In this document: one piece after another, positions 41,741 through 52,400 of the stretch | Position numbering within the stretch: position 1 is the stretch's first letter | How the letters are laid out: every line of letters starts with the position of its first letter | Origin: Trichoplax sp. H2 | Taxonomy: Eukaryota | Length of the DNA: 64,000 nucleotides | Direction of reading: 5' to 3' | NCBI GenBank assembly: GCA_003344405.1 | Contig: NOWV01000283.1 | Span: forward strand, 1-64,000 | Translations under genes and position numbers: made by a program | Notes under the pieces: generated by a model | Databases searched by the model: none | What the model saw: the letters and a program-made list of their open reading frames with translations, nothing else | Told to the model about the DNA's origin: nothing

Positions 41741-42410
41741 TCGATGCACAGAACATACTTCTATCACTTTTGGAATGAACTAATTTTATTTTTGAGTCGG
41801 CAAGCTTTAATTTATTATTCTGATATAAATACAATTGCCAAGGCTATTACTTCGGCAAAGCTTGAAAATTTATTGATTAGGGGTTAAATAGATCACCTTG
41901 ACCTTCACACTGTTGCAGCGTAGATTGTCCACATTTTACAGCGAGGCAGCAAGGACAAGTTTAAACAGAGTAGGAAAGCTATAGCCAACTCTAAGCAAAA
42001 AAATAACGTTGGAGAAGATGACATAAGCAATCTTGGTATCAACTCTCTTAAGTTTGCTCTACATCTCGACAATCAATCATCAAATTTCTTCCGATTCTAA
42101 TTTTGCCTACCATCTGGCTTGAGTCATTCAGTAGAAGACTTTTCCACGAATAAATCATCACTCGATTTTACAGTTCAAATCAATCTACTTAAAATAACAT
42201 TACTCTTCTATTCATGTCCGACACTGTAAGCTGCTGGTCGTCTTCGCAATTATAGTTTTTCTAGTCACATCAATTTTGTACCATAATTGGTTGACTGGCT
42301 AATAGTAGCGATCAACCTTTTCTAAGAAAGTAAATTAACACCCATTTAGTGTCGCTGCAATATTCTTAGAAGTCTAACTCTATCCAATAAAGCTATCAAT
42401 CTAATCCAAG

Positions 42411-45400
42411 ATGGGGAGCAGCAACACAAGTATGAAAACAAAAGATAATATCTCTGAGAAAGGAAAACGCATCATGGATGAAGTTGAATCGATTCGTAAA
42501 GCAAGTTTACACGAATTTCACCTTGGATATTATCAGAAAGCATTGGATAACTATAACAAGGCGTTGAAATTAATTCAAGATCTCCAAGATCAAGATCGGA
42601 TACAGGCTCAACTACAATGCGATGTCAAATTAGATATTTCTCTAGTTTACTTTCATCAAAAGCAATTTCAAAAAGCGCGAGAATGGATACAACAATCTCT
42701 TCAGCTAGGCAAAAAATTGAAAGACCAACTTCGAATTGCTCAAAGTCTAGATAACCGTGCTCATGTTAACATCCAAGAAGAACGCAATGATGAAGCTAGA
42801 GATGATTTGAAACAGTCGTTAAAGATAGAGAAGACCTGGACCCCCGCGAAAAATAATAACAAAAAGATAATAAAAGGAAATAAAAAATGAAACACTAAAA
42901 ATCGGATATATACGCCGCGCGAGCGCAAAGATATTTTTTTTCGCGGGGGTCCAGGTCTTCTCTATCTCGTTAAAGATTAAATTGAAGATTCTCGGAGGGA
43001 ATCATTTAGACATTGCCGTAACTTATCACCATCAAGGAGATCTGTTATGCAGCGTCGACAAGAATCAGGATGGAATGAGGATGTATGAAAAAGCTTTGCA
43101 GATATTGCTCAATGCTTCAGAAAGTAAGACTTTAGCACTGGCTGAATTATATCAAGATATAGCCATTGCTTNNNNNNNNNNNNNNNNNNNNTCTAGTTTA
43201 CTTTCATCAAAAGCAATTTCAAAAAGCGCGAGAATGGATACAACAATCTCTTCAGCTAGGCAAAAAATTGAAAGACCAACTTCGAATTGCTCAAAGTCTA
43301 GATAACCGTGCTCATGTTAACATCCAAGAAGAACGTAATAATGAAGCTAGAGATGATTTGAAACAGTCGTTAAAGATTAAATTGAAGATTCTCGGAGGGA
43401 ATCATTTAGACATTGCCGTAACTTATCACCGTCAAGGAGATCTGTTATGCAGCGTCGACAAGAATCAGGATGGAATGAGGATGTATGAAAAAGCTTTGCA
43501 GATATTGCTCAATGCTTCAGAAAGTAAGACTTTAGCACTGGCTGAATTATATCAAGATATAGCCATTGCTTATACCATTACTGAGGAAGAAAAAAATTAT
43601 AATAAAGCCCTGGATTTACTCTCGAAGAGTTTAACTATTCGATCCGATCTTTTAGGCGATCATAATGTTTTAGTAGCGGATTCGTACGATAACATGGGAT
43701 GGGTCAATAGTGAGCGAGGCAATCATGATCAAGCTATCCCAATGTATCAAAAGTGTCTCGAAATTAAATTAGCCATTTTAGGAAATACACACTCAGATAT
43801 TGTCGATCTATATGATGCTATTGGCTATTCTTACCGCCGAAATTCGCAATACCAAGAAGCGTTGCAAGTGTATGAAAAATGTCTACATCTACAACAAGAA
43901 TTACCTGCGGGCGATAATGCCGTGATAGTCGATACTTACCGAAATTTAGCATCTGTTTACAACACATTAAACAATTGGGAAGAAGGGATATCAGTATTAC
44001 AAAAATGTCTTCACCATCAGCAAAAATCATTCGGTAAAAATACTGACAAAGCTGCTAAAATATACAACGATATCGCCAATAGCTATTGTCATCAGAATAA
44101 GTTTGATGAAGCTGCATCCATGTTCCAGGAAAGCTTAGATATTAATTTGAAAATTCACGGAAAAAAAAGCCTAGCAGTAGCTAATAGCTATAAACATATT
44201 GGAAGTGCCTATTTACTTCAACACAAGTTTAATGAAGCTCTAAGCATGTATCAGGAATCTTTAACCATCCAACAACAACTATCTGGTAGTAAAGATGATG
44301 ATGAGGATGAAAAAATGTTAGACATGGCTGATACATACCAAAACATAGGACATGTCTATTATCATCAAGAAAAGTTACGAGATGCTTTATCAATGTATCG
44401 AAAGTGCTTGGATATCCAGTTACAAAAGCTAGATTCTGAAGATTCAGCCATTGCAAGCTCTTATGAATATATTGGAAAAGTTTATTTTGATCTACAGAAA
44501 TATGATGATGCTGCTATGATGTATCAGAATTGTCTAAAAATCCATAAGGAAGTATTTGGCGAGGAGAGCTCGAAAGTTGCAGAATCTTACCGTCAAATTG
44601 GTCTTATCAACTGCAAGCAAGAGAAATACAACGATGCCATTGCAAAGATACAAAATGCTCTCGATATCTTGCGAAAAGATTCAAAAGAAGAGAATTTACA
44701 AATAGCAGAATGTTACGCTAGTCTTGGCCTTGTCCATAATAAGCTTTTGCAATGTAAACAGGCTTTCGAATATTATCAGAAATGCTTCACTATTCGACAA
44801 GAACTGCTGGATGGAAATGATTTAAGTTTAGCTGAGTCTTATAGTGATATTGCTTTTACTCACGGCAAGCTACTTGAATATGATCAAGCAATAGAGATGT
44901 ATCAAAAGTGCTTAACTATTCTTACAGAAGGAAAGGCTAGCAAATCAAGTATTGCTGAAACTTATTTTAACATAGAAGATATTCATAAACAACAAGATAA
45001 TACGAATCAAGCTATGGCTATGCATCAAAAAGGAGTCGATTCTAAGCTCCAAGCTGAAGGAGAGCAGAATTCGGATAGAGCTGAGAGTTATTACTATCAG
45101 GCAGACTTGTATCGAGACCAAGAAAAGTATAAAGATGCTCTATCCTTGTACCAGAAAGCTCTGGATATTTTACTCTCGTCAGTGCATAAAAATGGCGACG
45201 TTGCAGCGTGCTATAGTCAAATAGGCATCGTCTTTAAACGACAAAAAAAATATGCAAAGGCCCTTGTAAAATTCAAGGAATGTTTCGATATATTGTCCAA
45301 GGAAAGCGAAAAAGACAACAATACTATACCTGCTACGTATCTAAATATAGCCCATACTTATTGGGAGCAGAAAAAATATGAACAAGCAATCGAAACGTTT

Positions 45401-45862
45401 CAAAATTTTATTAATCTTCAACAGCAGATGCATGAAGACAATTTGATGAGTGAAAATGTCATCGATTCTTATAGCAACATTGGAGATTGCTATCATGAAT
45501 TATCCAAGAATGAACAAGCATTGCCAGCATTTGAAAAATGCTTAGAATTACAGCTGAAAAAATTGGATGCCAAGGATATTAAAATTGCCTACACCTACAC
45601 CAATATTGCAGTTTGCTACGAATTTCTGGAGAAGATTGAAGAGGCCATCCAATTTCTTCAAAAATCGGCCGATGTCAAAGGTGCTACGCTAGGAAAGAAC
45701 CATCCTTCTATTGCTGATGATTATGATGAAATAGGTTGTCTCTATACGCATATCAATAAGCCAAAAGAGGCTGCTATAAAGCATTTTTATGCCGCAACCA
45801 TTCGCAATCCTTCAAATCCGAAAATCAAATCTAAACCAAAGCGTAAATTTGGCAAAGGTTAG
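42411..45862 (+). CDS. TPR-repeat protein 3; intact version reconstructed as 42411-42640 + 43192-45862 (966 aa)
   Basis: ORFs 42411-42890, 42982-43305 and 43166-45862 are pieces of one gene. Removing the redundant MITE-bearing copy gives 2901 nt in one frame. Starts MGSSNTS and carries the family N-cap QLQCDVKLDIS..DQLRIAQSLD. Confidence 0.85.
42641..43571. other. Near-identical duplicated segment around a 20-N gap (probably two uncollapsed haplotypes)
   Basis: 42641-43171 (531 bp) equals 43192-43571 (380 bp) plus 151 bp of insertion and TSD. Ns occupy 43172-43191. A few substitutions differ (CGC/CGT, D/N, H/R). Confidence 0.9.
42824..42966. mobile_element. MITE (non-autonomous DNA transposon), 143 bp
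   Basis: Perfect 30-bp TIRs GATAGAGAAGACCTGGACCCCCGCGAAAAA (42824-42853 and 42937-42966). TSD TCGTTAAA (42816-42823 and 42967-42974). The empty site is visible in the second copy at about 43367. Confidence 0.95.
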
Positions 45863-46180
45863 TCTAGAAAATCCCTAAAATTTTATTGTTTTTCAGATGA
45901 CAGTCTTAAGCCATTCCATAAGAGTAACTATTTTAGGATAGCTATTGAAGATGATAATAACAAGTCATAAGTCAATTTTGCGTTCGTATTTTACCGGTCA
46001 TTTGAACTTATTGATCATTCAGTGTTGCTAACGAAAGCTCGTCAATATCAAATAAGTGGAGGTATATATTTTTAGCTAGTAGATACTCTTATGCTAACTA
46101 GAACTATTTATTCTCTTGGAAATACTCCTTTATAGGTAGTGAAAAAAAAACAATCAAATTATAAGAAATTGTTGGCTGAT

Positions 46181-46470
46181 TAGAGTCCGATGATACTTGA
46201 AATTCGAAAAAGACCTAAGGGGAAATATTTAATCTATTCTTTAGCTCAAATAAATCGATACCAATGATTTATTAGGAAACTTGGGCATAGTTTAGTTTAT
46301 CTTAGAATATTTAGAGATCATCCCATTACAGAAATTTTAGGATGAATAGAGTCCGATGACTGAAATTATAAAAGACTTAATGGGAAATATTAGAATTATT
46401 CATTAGTTCCAATAAATCGATACCAATGATTTGTTAGAAGCTTGGATATAATTTAGGTTGTCGTGGAATA
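46181..46470. repeat. Diverged direct repeat, two copies of about 125 bp (~46181-46310 and ~46347-46470)
   Basis: Shared TAGAGTCCGATGA, GGGAAATATT, AATAAATCGATACCAATGATTT.TTAG. Confidence 0.85.
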
Positions 46471-47004
46471 GTTGCATTTTATTCTTTCACCACAGATTTC
46501 TACGTAGTTTATTCCAGCTGGATGGCATTTTAGTTTAAGAATGTCGTCAAGAGTAGAAAAAGAATGAATATAGAAATTTGTGCTTTGTACTAGAGACAAA
46601 TAATGAATAGGACATCGTCTAGATACAAATTAAAACATTGGAATTATAAACTCTGGCCATGATTAAAATTCCTTATCCTGATGTAATGCTAATTTTAACT
46701 CATACTGCTTTTAATTCATTCAACTCGTATAATGTCAAATACAAGAGCTGATATACAAAATTTCATGATAAATTGTTGCATATGTATTATATGATGAAAG
46801 ACACTTAATGATAAAGGTTACGATAATTTTTAAATTCTTCTTCAAGATTTTGTATTGTAATGTTGCGGCTTTAAAAAATAAATGAATAATTTGATTACGG
46901 TAGATTTTACTCAGTATCTTAGTATATTGTGAAGCCGACTACTTTATTCGGGTTAGAATTATGGAATATCTACTAACTTAATTTTGTTAAGAATCATACC
47001 ATAT

Positions 47005-47405
47005 ATGAGCATCAAAGTGACCTTGGACAATGCTATAATAAATTATCCAAGCGTGATCAAGCATTGAAAGCAGTTGGGAAATGTTTAGAAATGCGAATAA
47101 GTGTCCTAGCGCTAAATGATATCCTAATAGCTTATGCATACTTTCATGCTGCTGTTTGTTGCGAACATTTAGGAAAGCTTGAAGATGCTATAACCTTTCA
47201 TCAAAGATCGATCAAAATTACATCAAAAGCACTTGGAGAGAGGCATCCTTCTATTGCCGAAAAATATGAAGATATTGGATGTATTCTAGCTCGATTAAAT
47301 AGAAAAGGCAAAGCTACTGCTATGTATTCATATGCTGTAAAGCTTCGTAGTGATCCTTATCGTGAAATCATAGTTGATCGAAAGCGTAAAGTTGATGACG
47401 ATTAG
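47005..47405 (+). pseudogene. Isolated 3' fragment paralogous to the C-terminus of TPR gene 3
   Basis: KCLEMR..DILIAYAY..AVCCEHL..HPSIAEKYEDIGC..KRK matches KCLELQ..DIKIAYTY..AVCYEFL..HPSIADDYDEIGC..KRK. Frameshifted homology continues upstream (LGQCY). No start or N-terminal part found. Confidence 0.75.
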
Positions 47406-49199
47406 TCTGTAATTTTGCTAGAATCTTGAAATGAATATTAATGCAAAAGATTGTTAACTGATCCATTGAGTAAAAAGTCTACCTTAGCATGGCTTTTGAG
47501 ATATTAGCAATATCATTCATCGGCTTGCCTTGAGTTGCTATAAACTGTTGCAGTAAATCTCACTTTAATGAAAACGTGTTTCTCGGTTGATAAGTATCCA
47601 ATTTCTATGAGCTGTGGTTGTTTCATCTCTCCCATAAATTTGCTACAGATACCTAAAAATTCATTGATTGAAAAGAAATAGGAGGCTAGCTGCATAATTA
47701 AATCAATAAGGTGGAAAAGAATAAGAAAAATTCAAATTGTGAATCAATCCAAGTTAATTGATGTATTGCAGTCTACTAATATGCAGATTGCCTTAGAGTA
47801 CGTAGATTTAAATTTTCGAGATTTATACTATTTTCATCTACAACAATATTTTAGTTTAGTTTTAATTTAATCGATTTAATAGTTTATATAAGTTACTATT
47901 AATGCGCAGATACTAACCATAAATTTATATATTATTATTGCTAAGCAATTACAAGATAAATCTTGTGTCAAGTTGATTTTACTGTGTAATTATATCATTT
48001 TCCATTACAGCTTTGAACAATTTTAGTTATAATAGACAGGTACTGTCAACTAGTAGAAAATTTTGCAAAATATCATGTAGCTTTGTCAAAATATTCCTTT
48101 ACAAAATAAATGCGTATCATTAGGAATTTCATATTGGTTCATTTATCTGATAAAAAACACTTTTTCAATTTGTTAAAATAATCAATTACCTTGTCTATAT
48201 CGACAAATTTAATCAAATTGACAGGGATAAATTTCCCTTATAGAAGCAAAAATATTCTAAAATTTTTTTATTAGCCATTTATTATGTCATAGATACTGAT
48301 GGTGTAAAAGCAATCGTGATCGAGGTTATCATCGCAGGAGGAGGAAAGGGGGTTTGGATCAGTACGAATAAATACTTGAACAATTGGCGGTTTTATAGCC
48401 ATTGAGCATAATCGAAATGCCTACCACTGTAGGAAAGCCCAATAGTTAGTGGACAACAAGGCCTGATTTTGTGATTTTCTAATTTGTTAATGCGCCTTAA
48501 TGTAAGATAGAATGTTGTTTATTGAGGTTAGTTGATACTAATGGAGCCTGCAAATATTTCTAAAAGGCGGTGAATGGGTGCGCTGTGTCTCCTACCTAGT
48601 TAATAGGCCTAAGTATCGGAACTAGAGCGCTTATTTCTCGTTAATAGGATTAGCACCACTCCTTAAATCGGTACGATCGGACATTTTTTATGTCATGAAG
48701 GCCGAGTAGTACTTCGATAACGGCTGTACTCACCTCAACGTATAATAGGTAGTAGAGTTCTAAGCCATAATCACATACAAGACGTGGATTTACATTGAGA
48801 AAAGTGCGAGGAAGCTTTATTAGAAGTTAATAATTAGTTTACTAACACGAATATTTCTCATATAATAAGATAAATTAGAATTAACTAGTAGAAATGAATT
48901 ATTGCAATACAGCATCGATTACGTGAACTATTAAATCAATATGATACACTTTCATGACCGTCCGTGCTAGATTACTACAATTTTCCATCGTAATGAATAT
49001 AAGTACAAACACTTTATCTGATACTCCATATTATTGTGTAATATTGAGATTACCATAACCATGATCTAGAATTAAAATCGAAGTCATTTCGTAAACGGCA
49101 TAAAAAAGAAACTTATGCTACCTTAGATTCAATTACCGCAGATAGCTCCCGTTTTAGGACTGCACATCATTAAGGTAATTAATTATGCCGATGAGTTTT

Positions 49200-49346
49200 T
49201 GCGTGGTTTCTCATATATCGTTTGAGTTTGTCCATGCTTACCCTGCTCATCATAGATCTTTCTGATATTGTTATTTGATCAGTAACGAATAGCTATAACC
49301 AATGCTCTTATATTATTTTGTAATGTTACAATGACCATAGCCAAGA
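49200..49346 (-). pseudogene. Degenerate TPR repeat relics just downstream of TPR gene 4
   Basis: Minus-strand translation gives LGYGHCNITK*YKSIGYSY and NNIRKIYDEQGKHGQTQTIYEK. The second echoes the gene's last repeat ENIRKVYDDQGKHEQAHKMYEK. Confidence 0.7.
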
Positions 49347-49434
49347 TCAAAAATTGAATTCGAAGTAATTTCTGAACGGTATCCTCAGGAATTTCATGCT
49401 AGCTTCGTTTAAATTATTGGGGATGCCTCCCATA

Positions 49435-52400
49435 TCAGGACTGTACATCATCAAGGTAATTATGGTAATCAGTTTTATGTGATTTCTCATACATCTTGTG
49501 AGCTTGTTCATGCTTCCCTTGATCATCATAGACCTTTCTAATATTTTCATATGAATTACCAATATCAGGATGATTGTGATCCAAAGCCAATAATTGAATT
49601 TTGAGCGATTTTTGGTACATAGAAAGAGCTTCATTAAACTTACCTTGGTTTCTATACACCGCTCCCATATTTTTATAAGATCCAGCAATGTCGGGATGAT
49701 TTCGATCTAAGGCTGATAGCTGAATTTTAAGTGATTTCTCATGCATTATAAGAGCCTCTTCATATTTGCCCTGATCAGAATAGCCCTTGCCAATGTTGTT
49801 ATATAATGCAGCAACATCACGATAATTGTAGCCAGGGATCGACAATTGAATTTTGAGTGATTGCTCGAACGTAGAAATTGCATCTTCATAGTGGCCTTGA
49901 TCATAGTATACCGTTCCAATGTTGTTATATAATTCGGCCACATCGGGATGATTATTACCAAGAACTGATAACCGGATTTCTAATGATTTCTTATACATAG
50001 AAATTGCTTCATCATGCTTACCTTGAGCACTATATGCGTCTCCAATATTGTTATAAGATTGCGCATTATTGGATTGATTTTGTTCAAGCATTGATAATTC
50101 AATTTTGAGCGATTTCTCATACATAGATATAGCCTCTTCCTTTTTACTCTGAAGATTGTACATTGCTCCAATACTGTTATAGGACTTGGCGACATCTGAA
50201 TGATCATGACCAAGGACTGATATTTGTATTTCAAGTGACCTCTTAAGCATAGAAATAGCTTCATCGTACTTGCCTTGATCGCCATAGGCATTTCCCATAT
50301 CGTTATATAATTTAGCAACATCAGAATGATTGTGACTAAGGACTGATAATCGAATCTTCAGTGATTTCTCATACATACAAATTGCCTCATCATACTTGCC
50401 GTTATTTCTATGCGCGATGCCCATGTTATTATATGATGTAGCCACATCGGGATGATTGTGACCAAGAACTGATAATTGAATTTTGAGCGATTTGGCAAAC
50501 AGAGAAAGCGCCTCATCAAATTTTCCCTGATTATTGTATGCAACGCCTATATTAATGTATGATATAGCAATCTCAGGATGATTGCAATCGAGGGTTGATA
50601 ATTTAATTTTGAGAGACTTTTTGTGCATAGTAAGAGCCTCTTGATGGTTGCCCTGGTGATCATAAATTTCTCCAATGTTGTTATAGAGTCCAGCAATCTC
50701 CAAATGATCGTTACCATGAATTGATAACTGAATTTGGAGTGAGTTCTTATACATAGAAATAGCTTCTTCATATTTGCCTTGATGACTATAAACATTTCCC
50801 ATGGCCATATAAGAATGAGCTACTTGGGAATGATTATGACCAACGAGTGATAATTTCATCTTGAGTGATTTATCATGCATAGAAATGGCCTCTTGGTGCT
50901 TGCCTTGACGACTATAGGCTTGTCCCATACTTTGATATATTGAAGCGATTTCGATGTGATCACCATCAAAGACTAATAATTGAATTTTAAGAGATTTCTT
51001 ATACATAGCAATAGCCTCATTATACTTACTTTGCTGAAAATAGACCTGTCCGATGTTGGCATAGGATGCCGCAACATCACGATGATTGTGACCAAGAATA
51101 GATAATTGAACTTCAATCGATTTTTCGTATTGGCAAATAGCTTCTTCATACTTGCATTGATTCTTATACACTAATCCAATATTGTTATATGAATTAGCAA
51201 CACTAGGATGGTTGTAACCAAAGACTGATAAATGAATATGGAGAGACTTTTCATACATGGATAGAGCCTCATCATATTTGCCTTGAATGCAATGGATATG
51301 ACCGATGGATCCATAGGATTTTGCAACATGAGGATGATTGCGACCAAGAGCTGATATCTGAATTGACAGCGATTTCTCATGCATGGAGAGAGCCTCTTTA
51401 TATTTTCCTTGATGATAATAGACAATACCTATGTTCGTATATACATAAGTAATATCGGGATGATTGTGGCCAAGGAGGGATACTTGAATTTTGAGCGATT
51501 TTTCATACATGGAAATTGCCTCGTTGTATTTCCCCAAATCACTATAGATAGCGGCTATATTAACGTATGATTTAGCAATCTCTCGATGATTATGGCCAAA
51601 AATAGATAATTTAATTTGGAGTGCCTTTTCAGTCATGTTAATAGCATCTTGATGTTTACTCTGCATATAATATACAGCTCCAATATCATTATAAGATTGG
51701 GCAACATCAAGATGATCGTGGTCAAGGACTAATAATCGAATTTTAAGCGACTTCTCAAGCAAAGAAAGAGCCTCATCATACTTACCCTGATGGATATACA
51801 CAGCCGCTATATTGTTATAGGACGAAGCAACATCGATATGATTTGGGCCAAAAACAGATAGTTGAATATGTAGTGATTTCTCGTATAAGGAAAGAGCCTC
51901 ATCAGGCTTGCCTTGCTTCCTATGTACATTTCCCATGTTGTAATATAACGCAGCAACACCTGGATGATCGTGACCAAGATGCAATAATTTAATTTTGAGT
52001 GATTTCTCAAACATAGAAAGAGCCTCATCATACTTTCCCTGATTACTGTACACAGACCCCATGTTGCTGTAGCATGTAGCAATATCGGGATGATTATGGC
52101 AAAGAACTAAGAACATTATTTGAAGTGCTTTGTCATACATACAAATAGCCTCATCATGCTTGCTTTGAGCACTAAATATAGATGCGATATTATGATAGGA
52201 ATTGGCAACATGGAGATGATTGTGACCGAGAGCTGATAATCGAATTTCTAGCGACTTTTCATATATAGAAAGAGCTTCAATATGTTTGCCTTGATCAAAA
52301 TGTATCGTTGCAATATTGTCATATGATTGAGCAACATCAGGATGATTATCGTCAAGGACTAATAGTCGAATTTCGAGCGACTTTTGATACATAGAGATCG

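Noticed and set aside
42411..43305. ORFs 42411-42890 and 42982-43305 as separate genes
   Set aside because: They are pieces of TPR gene 3 created by the MITE and the assembly gap.
45859..45897. Possible intron extending gene 3 (AAAG|GTTAGT...TTTCAG)
   Set aside because: Only 39 bp, shorter than any other intron here, and the stop position (TAG TCT) is conserved in the paralogous fragment at 47405.
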